Assembly: GCA_043228905.1 (NCBI GenBank)
Contig: JBHGNT010000018.1
Span: forward strand, 16,368,001 to 16,432,000
DNA length: 64,000 bases
DNA from: Azolla caroliniana
Taxonomy: Eukaryota; Plantae; Polypodiophyta
Reading direction: 5' to 3'
Shown: piece after piece, positions 51,390-63,754 of the stretch
How the letters are laid out: every line of letters starts with the position of its first letter
Position numbering within the stretch: the stretch's first letter is position 1
The notes under the pieces: model-generated
What the model was told of the DNA's origin: nothing
What the model saw: the letters and a program-made list of their open reading frames with translations, nothing else
Database searches by the model: none
Translations under genes and position numbers: made by a program

Positions 51390-54300
51390 ATGCGCCAAAT
51401 TGAGTTGGGACGGAGAAAACCGGTCCAGCCTTTATTCCCCGCCAGTCGGTTCTTCTTCGGTCTCGGATCGTTCGTCGTCCCGGTCCAGGTTATCCGGATC
51501 CGACTCGTCGTCGTGACGCTTCTTGAACGCTTTGATCCGCTTCCCAGCTACCGATATCGCCATTCTCGTGCCGTCGAGTTCCGCCAGATGGTACGTCCCG
51601 TTGCCGTTGGCGCTTTGTACCACGTAAGGCCCGAACCACCTTCTTGCGAACTTCCGTGTCGCTCGGTGCTGGTTGTCGAGGCTGCTGTCGTAGACTAGCA
51701 CCTAGTCGCCTTCCTCGATCTTCTTTGGTCGGAGCCAGTGCGTCTGGTCGAACCGGGCTTTGTTCCTCGTCCTTGCCACCCGAAGCTTTTTCGTAGCCTG
51801 CTCCACGTCCTCCGGTCTTCGCTCGAGCTGTCGTATGCGCGCCGCCAATAGTTCCTCCCGGCTCATCTCGTCTTTCCAGTCCACGGTTACCCATGAGGAG
51901 ATCGTACGTTCCATCGGCATGATCGGCTTTTGCCCAAACATGAGCTCTACCGGCATGAACCCGGTTACCGAACTGTGCGTAGTTCGGTCAGCCCACAACG
52001 CGTAAGGCAGCAGCCGCGGCCAGTTCCCGACTTGACCTCCGCATGCCCGAACTAACGCCTTGACGATCGGTCCGTGTCCGCGCTCCACCTTCCCATTCGC
52101 CTCCGGATTGTACGTAGTGGTAAGCGAGAGCTTGACTCCTAGCCGGTCGAACAGCTCCTCGGCCTCTTCGGCGTCCAACTCCCCGCGATCAGCCACGATC
52201 TTCCCGACGCACCCGTACCGGCATATCATGTCCTCAATCAAGAACCGACATACGGCCGCGGTCGTTTTGTTCTGAAGGGCTCGGCCTTCCACCTGGTTCG
52301 TCAGATCTTCCCGAGCCAGGACCAGATACCGCATCTGTCCTATGCCCATCGGCATTGTCACCAGATCTACCATCCATTTGAAATGGATGGTCGGAGGGTA
52401 TGTAGGGTGAAGCTCGTCCCGATGCCGGACTATGGAGTGCATCTGACAGCCCTCGCAAGTTGTCACGAACCGATGCACGTCCCGGTACAGTCCCGACCAC
52501 CAGTACTTCCCCTTTATCTTCTCGAACGTGGCCCACGTTCCACGGTGTCCAGCCCAAGGGCTGTCGTGGTAGGCCGTCAGCAGCTCCTCCTGTTCTTCCT
52601 TCATCGCCACCACCCGGAGCGGGACGCCGTTCCTCTTCTTCGGGTGCTTCCATAAGTATCCGTTCCGGAGAAAGAATCGGTAAGCTTTCTTCCGGATCCG
52701 GTTGGCCTCGTCCTTCATCCATGACGCATACGGCGTCATCGTCCTCAAAAATCCACCGATCTGGAGCCACTCGCCGTCGTACTTGCTCTCATCGAAGTCG
52801 TTAAGTGCCGGAGTGCTCGTCCCATCGGTCGTCACATACGCCGCCTCGAAGAAGTCCACGCCGACTTCTTCGTCCTCCGAAACCATGCCGCCCTCGTTAT
52901 CAAACCTCGCCCTCGAAAGCATGTCGGCCATGGCGTTGTCCTTTCCGGAAATGTGTCGTATTTCCGGGTCCAGGAACTTTATGTACGCTATCCACCTGAG
53001 CATCGCTAGGTCCGGTGTCGCGCATCCGGAAACCATGCCGAGAATTGGCAGGCAATCCGTCTCAATAATCACTTCTGTCCCAATTAGGTAGTCTTTGTCG
53101 GCCTTTACTGCCGAAACGATACCCTAGAGTTCGCGTTTAACCTGGGCGTACCCTCGCTATCGCTCACTGAGGACCTTCGCGCCGAATCGGATCGGGAACC
53201 GAATGTCGTCCTCGTCTTCTTGGTTGACGACCCATCCGATCCCGGTCGGACTCGTATCCACTGTTATGTATACCGGGGTACCCTTCTCGTAGACAGCCTT
53301 CCGGAGCGCCGGTGCTGCCGCAAGAGCTTCCTTCAGCTTCCAGACCGACTCTGCGTGCTCGTCTCGCCACTCGAATTTTCGCCCCTTCTTCAACAACCCG
53401 TATAGCGGCTCCGCAACGTGGGCGTAATGCGGGATCCATATGTGGTAGAATGCGCATGCCCCCAGGAACCTCCGAACTTCCGTAACCGAGCTACAGTCGG
53501 TCTTCATTGCGGAGATGGCTTCTACTCTTGCCAGAGACGGCTTCCGGCCATACGGTCCACACAGGTGTCCGACCACCAGGATTTCTGATTGCCCGAAGGC
53601 CGATTTCTCCCCGGAGAAGGTGAGCCTCGCATCCTCTAGCCTTTGTAGCACCTTCTCGCAGTCGTCGATGTGTGTTGCCACGAATCGCCGGCATCCGTCC
53701 GGCCCGACTGTCTCGTCCTTCTCTTCCACCGGGCACCCCTTTATCGGGATGTCGTCCAGAAATGGCATGGTGATGTCCGGGATGCAATCCCTCAGTACCT
53801 TGTTCATTGCATTCACCATGTGGGCCACCGAGTTGGTCCCTCCTTGTGGCAGGGTACACATTCGCACTAGGCCGAGGGGAGTTCGCATCGTCGTAATGTC
53901 TCTGCTCTCCACGGCTAGCTGGAACTGGTCGTACCCCGAGTACAGATCACCGACCGAGTAAATCAACCTTCCGGCGAAGGCCTCCGCGAACTCGTCTATG
54001 GTCGGTCCGATTCTTGCGTTCCGAATGGTCACTCTGTTGACCGGCTGCAGGTCCTGAATGAAGCACAATGTTCCGTTTTTCTTTGGCACGGTAAACCATC
54101 GGTTCGAGTATGGCGCGCTCGACGGTTCGAGAATACCCATATCAACTTTCTGCCTCAGTAGCTCCATCAACTCCGGGATGTCAGCTCTTGGTACCGGAAT
54201 CGGCTTGAGATTCCACGGCACATGCGGTACCGTGAATACCACCATCGGCTCCACGATTGTCAGGTCTACGCACCCGATCTCTTCCGGCGAGAATGCGAAG

Positions 54301-54935
54301 GCTTTCCCGTGCCTTCCGAGCATTCTCCGAAACCGGTCTTCCTCCGCCGGCAGTAGGAACCCGCCCCCACCGATCTTGAGCTCCCGGAGCGTCCCGTCGG
54401 TGAAGGTGTGTCCTATGCAGGCCGGATCTCGTAAACTGGGGTCCGACGAAACCCCTCTGATTCGGGACTCGCTGCCCTCCGGTAAGGGTGCCGCGATTGG
54501 CCTTACCTTCCGGTCCACAGTCTTGTACTTCGTGCTAACTCGGGCCGCCCGATCCGACCGGAGCCCCTGGCTGAAGTTCGCGATGACTTCGTACATCTCT
54601 TCGGAACATACCAGTATCGTCCGGTCTTCGTTAAGGTCTTCTCCGGCTACCTTCCTCAGCATCCCCAAGGTGTCGTCGAAGGAGATCGCCTCCACGGCCC
54701 CGCTGATTTCCTCGTCCGCGCCGAGAACTCCGCACGCTCGAAGTCGCTCCTCCGCCCTTGCCCTTTCTCGGCCAACGATGCCAACTATCATACACCCTCC
54801 GTTGTTGGAGAAGCAAAATTTCCTACCTATCGTACAGGGTTCCTTCGGTTTCGGTTCTATCGTACAGTCGTGGGGTCTTTCCCGGGTGTCCGGACTGTCT
54901 CGGCCCCACACCTTGGCAACCCTCTCTAAAAATCC
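51390..54935 (-). pseudogene. RT-RNase H-integrase ORF, in the -1 frame relative to gag-PR, with in-frame stops
   Basis: ORFs 53157..54911, 51702..53072 and 51432..51701 share one frame, separated by stop codons. Confidence 0.85.
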
Positions 54936-57070
54936 TCTCGGTTCTCGCCACCGAGGGATTCGCGGTTTCGCTTGTGGTTCGGCCGCACCGTCAGAAATTG
55001 GACCGAATGGCGCCCGTCCTGGCTTTTGACCCTCGCGTAGGCCGAACCGTTGTCCAGCACCTTGGTCTCCATTCGCGCCGCCGTGATGTATGGTTCCCCT
55101 AATATGACCGGGTGCGAGGACGTCTCCTGTACGAAGAAGTGCTGGTCAATCTCGACGTCGTCGATCTTGACTCGCACGTTCGGGCAGGCCCCGTGCAGTT
55201 CCTCGGTGGCGCGCGTCGCCGCCCGTATCTTCCACCCGTGCTTGATGTTGATCGGCCACTTTCCCTTTTTATAGAAGTCCATGGACATCAGGTTTATTTC
55301 CGAACCGTGGTCCACCAATGCCACCACCGGTTCCTGAACATCTCCGATCTTTACCGGGGTCTCCGTGGTTGCTCGGGCCCAGTGCGGCCTTGAATAGTGG
55401 CTCTCCGCCCACTCATCTTCTAGCGCCATGTCGTCGATGTGCGTCGTCCGCACCTCCACCGGTCTTTCCGGTTCCGTCTCCGTCGACAGCCTCTTCCGTT
55501 TCACCAGGTCCACAATGGAGTCGTGGAACTCCTTCTTGGCGATCCCTAGCACCTCTCGCAATGACAGCTCCACTTTGCTGTCGAGGATCCATTCTTCTAG
55601 GACCTTTCGTAGGTCCGTAGTCCTTTCTATTTCCGTCCCCAGTCGGTATCCACCCTTCCTGGGGTTATCTTGCGAGCTGGACCCACCGGCATCGTTCCGT
55701 CGTTGCCCGAATCGGGTCTCGTACCGTTGTGAGCGCCCGGCCGCTCCGGCTTTCCCCACTCGTTTGTCTTCTACCAGAGCCTCGTAGTTCCGGCAGGCGG
55801 CTTCTACGAAGCCCGTCTTCTCCTCGACCGGATCGCTCCACCCGGTTATTTCCCGGACCCGTCTCTCAGCGCGGTCCGTTTCATCTTTCCTTAGCCGTGC
55901 GCCGGCAAGACCTTCCAGCATTGCCGACTAAAATCCGTCTTTGCCCTCCTTTCGGGCCTCGCTGCCCCCAACCCGAATGCCGGCCGACACCGAGTAGTGG
56001 ATGCCCTCCACGTGTCGGGCCGCTGCCTCTTCCATCAGTCTCTTCATTCCTCCTCGCCCGTCGTTTCGGTTTAGGGCCCTTCTGGTGTCGCCGGCGTGCA
56101 CCCGGCCTTCCCACAGGTACACCACCCGGTTCCTCAACGCTTCTACGAAATCGCCGCAGTCCTTCCGGATGTGGCCAACCTCGTCGCACCACATGCACCT
56201 GTTCCCTGCTACCGGCCGTCGGTCACGAGCCGGTTCGCCGCCTTCCCTTCGAGTCTAGGCGATCTGCAGATCCTTTATCGCTCGCGTCAACTCCTCCAGC
56301 GCTGCTCCTCCGGACGAGCCACTGACCATGCCGGTCGAAACCGGACCGGTTTCGAGCCATTCCCGGGTTTCTTCCCTTCGCCCTTGTGGTGCCGGTTCAA
56401 GCCTCCTTGTTGTGACAGAGCCCGCACCAGCCGCCCCGTCGTCAGCCCATTCTCACCGTTTGTCGAAATAGCCACAGACTCTCTTAACCGCAGCCCAATC
56501 GGTCGCCAGCCCGTCTTCGGTTTCCAGCAAGGAGCCGACTTGATCCCGGTCCCGCTCGTCCACCGACTTGACGAACAGTAGGACCCGGCTCGTATCCAGA
56601 ACGGTTCAGTCAAGCGCCAAAAGGCGCGCAAAACGTTCTTCGAACTCCCGGAGGAGTGCCGACGCGTTTCTTCCCTTGCCGGGGGACTCCACCCACTCCA
56701 TAAAGTCCCGTTTCGAAAGCCGGAGCGTGTCGTCCAACCCGTATTTTTCTAGGAGTCGACCTTCGAACTCCTCCCAGCTACGGCTCTCCGCCCGCACCTC
56801 GAGCACCTCCGCATGGATGCTCGGCATCGCCACTCGAGGGAACCCGGCAAGACGCCTCCCTTCCGGAATGTCCCGCATCAGCATTTCTGCCCCGTAGGAC
56901 GCCAAATACTTCGTGGCGTCCTTTCCACTGAACCGGCCGATCGTACCGACGCCGCCTCAATGGCTCTGTCGAGGGCGTCGGTGCCCTCGCGTGCGCTCAA
57001 TATCCGATCCACTGCCGAAGCCATGGCCTCCGCAAGATCCGACCCCTTCATCTTCTGCTCTTCTGCCGCC
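54926..57070 (-). pseudogene. gag-protease ORF (degenerate)
   Basis: Zinc knuckle WCDEVGHIRKDC; protease-like ALVDHGSEINLM...VILGEPY; stop and frameshift lesions. Confidence 0.8.
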
Positions 57071-57730
57071 TCCTTCACGTCGGGTTCACCAAGATGTCGA
57101 GGTATTCCTCGTGGATGCGTGGAATGAGGCGGGATCTCGGGGGTCCTGTACTGAAGAGCAAGAGAGAAAGGAGAAGAGACCCACTACGTGCGAGCGTAGA
57201 TTCACAGGGACACGGCCCTTCGACACAAAGACGCGAGTGGGACAACGACACAGAGAGACACGAATGTATGTATGTATTAACAAAGACAAAACAACAAAAG
57301 CACAAAGTCGGTTACAACCAAACAGCCCAGCGAACAGATGTCGATGCCTGTTCGCAAACGCTCAGAAAGGAAGGAGTAGGTTGGAGGTGCTTCCGGAAGC
57401 ACTCGGGCATTCCTCAGAGCAGCGCAAGCCTCCCGAAACCTGCACAGAAAGAAGCTATGGAGTTTGGAAGGGAGAGAAGCCTTCGGCCCACAATCCGACA
57501 ACACTTCGTCCTCTCTTACTTCGCGATCCCTTCCTCCTCCTCGTCTCCCGCCTTTTATAGGCAAGAAGGGAGCCGTTTCCTATTAACTTCCTACCTACTA
57601 AATCTACCTACATAGGATCTTCCATGTCCCTAATTCTCTCCTATGTACAACACAAGGCATACGTGCATGAAGAGCCGGTTCCTATGCTCCGGCGCACCGA
57701 TTCCGCTCGTGGACGGTTTTCTTCACGACA

Positions 57731-58087
57731 ACGCATTCCTCATATCCCCCTTCTTTCTTCTCCAAATCGGGAGGCCTTTTAATGGCTAGTTATGATTGAA
57801 TTAACCAACCATTAAAAGGCCTAGATTAAGCTCAATTTGATGTCTATTCCATGTCAATATGAATGGTCATCAAGGATTGAAAATGTATCTATTGAATATA
57901 GTCTATTTATGATTAAAATTGCTTTGAAATTTTATGAAATTCTGGTCAAATTAGCTCTGGTCAATATGAATGAGATAATGGCCACCTGTTGTCGAGATCT
58001 GAGCTTTAGCTCTTCCCCGGACCCCATCCCTCCACTCTACCCCTCTCCATCTCACACAGAAGACATTCTCCAATGATGAGGCATTCC
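57731..58087. repeat. ~348-bp tandem repeat unit (other copies: 50615-50722 partial, 63755-64000 partial)
   Basis: 57735-57980 matches 63755-64000; 57968-58078 matches 50615-50720. Confidence 0.9.
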
Positions 58088-61000
58088 TATCAGGAATAGT
58101 ACTAAAGCAGAGATGGAATTAGTACTAAGAAGAGTAATACTATTAGTACTAAGAGGACGGGACTGCGTAAGATTCCCGAGAGAGAGGAAGTGAGAAGAGG
58201 AGAGAGAAAGAAATAGGATGATGACAGCAACTCTTATATTATATGAAAGATAAGTACAAATCGGCTAAGAGGCTTAAGACTGGTGTTGAACCAATTTGGT
58301 TCAAAACAATGCCTTGTGCCTCCTTTTATAGTGTTTTTAGGAATAATCCTGAAGCTTCTAGAATGTTCCAGAGAGATCTGGAATATACATCAATTTTCTA
58401 TGATAAAGCATAAATGAAAATAATATCCTACAAAATACAATTCATAATCTAATGGTAAGAGCTTGACCCATGTAGCATAAGGTCATTGGTTCGAGTCTTG
58501 CCATATCATGACACTATCTCCCCCTTAAAGACGACGAGTGGAACGAGTCGGCGCTAATTGCGGACCAGGTTTGTCCGGATACTTTCGGTGGAAATCAGCA
58601 AGAAGATTTTGTGCATTGGCAACATGCTCGACGGGTTCCCAAGTACATTCGCTCGAACTATAATCGAGCCACTCGACCAAGTAATAAAGTTTGTTGCGAA
58701 CAAGTTTGGAATCGAGAATGGCAGCAACTTCATACTCTGGGCCGGCGTCCAACTCCAGCGGGGGCAACGGTGGTGTCACACGATCGGGAATGGTGTTTGC
58801 TTTATAAGGTTCAAGAAGAGAACAATGGAAAACCGGATGTATCTGAAGCTGCGGAGGAAGATCAAGGCGGAAGGTGACATCATTAATCTTCCCCGTAATA
58901 CGGAAAGGACCGAGTCATCGATAATCCAACTTGTCGCACGGTCGAGTAGTCTTGATGTGACGACGTAAGAGCCATACTCGATCTCCGATGGCAAAAGAGG
59001 AGGGAATCCGATGACGATCCGCATAAGTCTTCTGTGTGTGTTGAGCATGACAAAGGTGAGTAGAGAGATCCATCTGGATCTTGCGTAGCCTCTCCAAATG
59101 ATCCTCGGCACGAGGGTTGGTAGGTAGCTCCGGAGTGTCGATCACCGACCAGCGAGGATGGAAACCGGTATAAGCAAAAAATGGGGAGACCCGAGTCGAG
59201 GAGTGAATAGCATTATTATACGCAAACTCCACAAAGTGGAGAATCTCGGCCGAATTGTCTTGTTGATAACTCAGGAAACACCGGAGATATTGCTCCAGCG
59301 TTTGGTTTGTTCGTTCCACCTGTCCGTCGGTCTGAGGATGGTAGCCAGAGGAGAGGTTACAGGAGACCTTGAGCATCTTGAAGAGATGCTGCCAAAATTT
59401 GGAGACAAATTGCGGGCCTCGGTCACTGATAATACTGTCTGGGAGGCCATGATGCCGAAATACCTCACGCATAACAAGAGCGGCGGTTTCCTCGCTAGTG
59501 ATGGCTTTAGTACATGGCACAAAATGTGCCATCTTCGTATATCGATCGACGACGGTTAGGATAACATCGAACCCCTTCGAGACCGGCAGATCTATGATAA
59601 AATCAAGACAAATAGACTGCCATGGCTTACTTGGAATCGGTAAAGGTTCCAACAAGCCATATGGATGGTGTCGTGGCATCTTTGCTCGGCAGCAAGCATC
59701 ACAAGTCTGAACGTAGTCGTCGACAAAACGGCGCATGTGGGGCCATCAAAAAGATTGTTGCACTAGCTCCAACATCTTAGTACTACCGAAATGTCCCGCA
59801 GTATGGGTGTCGTGACAATGTTGGACGATTTGAAGGCGACAGGAGCAATCGGAGACATATACGCGCTTTTTAAAGAATAACAAACCATCATGATATTCGA
59901 ATTGTCGGTAGTCAATACCTTGTTGTTGAGACTGAGAACAGGATGCCCGAGAAGTATCAATATGCGCCAGGATGTCTTGAGCAAAACTATTCGTCTTCAA
60001 GGTTGCACGTATGTCATCGGTAATCCGTGAATCCATCGGGGTGTGAAAAATCTGCGTCGTGTGCAATCGTGTTGGTCCCAAGATTACTTGCTTTTGATTA
60101 TCAAATGTTGCGTCACCAGGACGAGGTGCAAGATATGAACGCCGTGATAGTGCATCTGCTTTTCCTTGCTGCTTCCCCGGTCGATATGTGATTTTGAAGT
60201 CGAAACGCGTGAGGAATTGCGCCCACCGAGCTTGCCGTCGATTTAGTACGCGAGCGTTCTGAAAATAAGCAAGATTTTTATGATCGCTAAAGACAATGAC
60301 CTGATGTGGAGAGCCCTCTAAGAAATGCCGCCATTGTACAAATGAATCCACGATGGCTAATAACTCCTTGTCATGTATTTCGTAGTTGATTTCTGCGACA
60401 TCGAATTTGCGCGAATGGAAAGCCACCGGATGCAACTCTTCTTTATCGCCTTGTTGAGAAAGGATGCTACCGAGGGTGAAATCTGATGCGTCGGCCTCCA
60501 TGATGAATGGTTTGCTTCTATCCACATGAGCTAGAATCGGTGCTGATGTAAAGGCTTTCTTAAGATGTCGAAAAGCCATATCTACTTCTATGGACCAAAG
60601 AAATGCTTGGCCCTTCTTCGTAAGTTGTGTGAGAGGTAAAATAATCTTCGAGTAATCCTGTATAAACTTACGGTAGAAGTTAGCAAAACCTAGAAAACAT
60701 TGTACATCTCGTACCGACCGTGGAATTTGCCACTCTAGTACAGTTTGGATTTTAGCTGGATCCATGGCGATGCCCTTTGAGGAGATGACGTAGCCTAGAA
60801 ACTCCACTTGCTTGCAGTCAAAGCTACATTTTTCTAGCTTGGCATGAAGACCATTCTCGCGGAGTCGCTTTAGTACTAATAGTACATGAGAATCGTGCTC
60901 TTCCTGGGTCTTCGAATAAATCAATAGATCATCCAGATAAATGATCAAACAGATATCCAAGAGGTCTCTGAATATATCATTTGCCATGTGTTGCAAGACT

Positions 61001-63754
61001 ACGGGTGCATTGGTTAGGCCAAACGGCATAACAGTATACTCGAAATGCCCATACCGCGTGCGAAAGGCGGTCTTCCACTCATCTCCCGGTCGGATCCGCA
61101 CGAGGTTATACACTCCTCGTAGGTCGATTTTAGTAAAAAACTTGGCACCATTAACTCGCTCTAAAAGACTTGATATAAGAGGAAGTGCATACCTATTCCG
61201 GATGGTGACTTTATTCAATCCACGGTAATCAATGACAAGACGATGTGAGCCATCTTTCTACTTGACAAAGAAGATGGTTGCACCGGCCGGAGATTTCGAA
61301 TGGCGGATGAACCCGCTTGCCAAATTCTCCTCTATGTAGGCTCGAAGGACTTCTAACTCGGTGGGTGACAAGTTGTAAATTGGTCCCCATGGTGGCTCGG
61401 TTCCTGGTTGTAAATCGATGGGACAGTCATAGGGTCGGTGATGAGGAAGGGTACCGGCTTTTACCTTGTCAAATACATCGGCATAAGGATGATATTTTGC
61501 TGGAAGTTGTACTGAGGAGTCCTTCTTAATAGTGCTGGAAGGATGTACTGATATTGGAAATAGGAACATTGCCTCCTTGGGTCCTTCTTCGCGTAGTTGA
61601 TGGAGTGAAATGGTCGAAACTTGGTGAGTTGATTCTTGGGGTGGTCGATATTGGACTTCTCTTGTTCTCCAATCTATGGTTGGATTATGTAATTCAAACC
61701 AAGGTAATCCTAGGACAATGGGATGCTCTGGACTACTAATTATATTAATTGATATTACACACACAAAACTACCTAGGACAACTTGAATGGGTTCTGATTC
61801 TTCTACAATATTCCCGGAAGCAATGGGACGACCATCAATGACTACTACAGATGCGGGACAAGGAAGTTTTCTTAAGGATATCTGAGCAGCTTGGGCAAAA
61901 TTTCGATCCATGAAACAGGAATTAGCTACGGAATCTAAAAGTGCTAGGACGGGTACTGGGGGAGTACTTTTAGTACTAACAATGACTTGGGCTAGGAACC
62001 CATTGCTAACTTGCTTGGAAGGAATGGAACCACTAATGGGCTGTACAAATCTAGGGTTGATGTCCAACCAAATGGCTCCTATTTTGGCTGGACTCAATCA
62101 TTTAACTCTTCATCTATTTGACTAAGGATTTCAAATTTATTTGAGATACTTGGGCTATTAGTACTATGAATACTATCAAACACTCTATTAGTACTATTAA
62201 TACTATCAGACACTCCTAAGGGAAGAATTGACTCGGGTTTAGTACAGGCTACAATTTGATTTACCTGTCTTCTTGGCCTATGGGGACAATTGATTGCGAT
62301 ATGCCCTGGTCCACCGCAATAAAGACATAATCAATTTGCACATCTTCGTTGCTTTTCTTCTTCCGATAACGGGCCGCGTCGACGCATGGTATTGATCTCC
62401 ATCGGTGTCAAAGTATTTGCTTGAGGAATGTCTCGTGCAAATGGTCTAGCCGCGACTGCGGCGTAAGTGGGCTCCGGCCTAGCGCGTGGTATCTGTAATT
62501 GACGTTCCGAACGCCGTTCGAAGAGGCGGTTGTCACATCGGACCGCTCGACTGATTGCCTCCGTAAGAGACTTTGGTTCTTCGGGGAAGGTTAGAAGTAG
62601 ATTTTTGACATCATTTCGCAGGCCATAGCGAAACTGCTCCATTAGTGCTTGATCATCCCAGGGTATGTTGGAAGCGAGTAGGCGGAAATCCGCCGCATAG
62701 GCAAAGGCTGGACGATCGCCTTGACGCAATCACCGGATCTTGTTGATCGCCGTCCTAATGCTGTCGGTGTCTCCAAAGTAAGCTTTGAACTCACTAATAA
62801 AATCTTCAAAGTTATTAAGCAAGGGCGATTGTTTTTCTAGAAGCGGAGCGAACCATGCTAAGGCTGAGCCGCTAAGCAACGTGCCTATTAAGCCGACTCG
62901 GGATGCATCAGTGGGGTATCGGGAAGGATGCATTTGGAGGACTAATCGTACCTGATTAAGGAATCCCCTGAATTGCGATCGTGTTCCATCAAATTTCACA
63001 GGAAGTCCAATCTTCGGCTCTTTATGAAATCCTTGGGGACTTGATCCTTGTTGTTGCAATGCCGCTTCGAGTTGTTGCACCCGTAAAGCTAACTCCCCAT
63101 GTTGTTGCTGCGTTTGTTGCTTTTCTAGAGCGATTTGTTGCAGATCCCCTATCAGCCGTTGGTTTTCTTGTTCCAAGGCAACAAACTTTTCTTTTAGGCA
63201 TTGTAACTCGGAGAAAACGGATTGATATTCTTGGGCGCTAACAGTAGCCATAGTAGGGGGAAAAGGATTGGAGGATGAGGGAGAACGACAAGTAGGCTGG
63301 AGGAAAAAGGAGGAAAATTGGTTCAAACTGTCAGGAATAGTACTAAAGCAGAGATGGAAATAGTACTAAGAAGAGTAGTACTATTAGTACTAAGAGGACG
63401 GGACTGCGTAAGATTCCCGAGAGAGAGGAAGTGAGAAGAGGAGAGAGAGAGAAATAGGATGATGACAGTAGCTCTTATATTATATGAAAGATAAATACAA
63501 ATCAGCTAAGAGGCTTAAGACTGGTGTTGAACCAATTTGGTTCAAAACAATGCCTTGTGCCTCCTTTTATAGTGTTTTTAGGAATAATCCTGAAGCTTCT
63601 AGAATGTTCCAGAGAGATCTGGAATATACATCAATTTTCTATGATAAAGCATAAATGAAAATAATATCCTATAAAATACAATTCATAGTCTAATGGTAAG
63701 AGCTCGACCCATGTAGCATAAGGTCATGGGTTCGAGTCTTGCCATATCATGACA
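58088..63754 (-). mobile_element. Full-length chromoviral Ty3/Gypsy element (Tcn1-like, self-priming); coding region decayed
   Basis: 426-bp LTRs (58088-58513, 63329-63754) with about 12 mismatches by eye. TSD ATTCC/ATTCT. PPT aagggggagatag. gag KFDGTRSQFRGF; protease ALLDS; RT YLDDLLI; RNase H; integrase; C-terminal chromodomain EYEVAAILD...YLVEW...TWEP (58525-58779). Confidence 0.96.

Larger units (their letters stand above)
50723..57730 (-). mobile_element. Full-length Ty3/Gypsy LTR retrotransposon, tRNA-Trp primed, 4-bp TSD; coding region decayed
   Basis: 636-bp LTRs (50723-51358, 57095-57730) with about 19 mismatches by eye. TSD ACGT/ACGC. PBS at 57074-57091. PPT ggttaggtgggggcgga. RT FLDDI, RNase H TVDTSP, integrase WMVDLV/ADRG/NGKVE. 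Confidence 0.95.

Noticed and set aside
63681-63754. Functional tRNA gene
   Set aside because: No convincing acceptor stem or canonical anticodon arm could be folded; kept only as a tRNA-like A/B-box segment.
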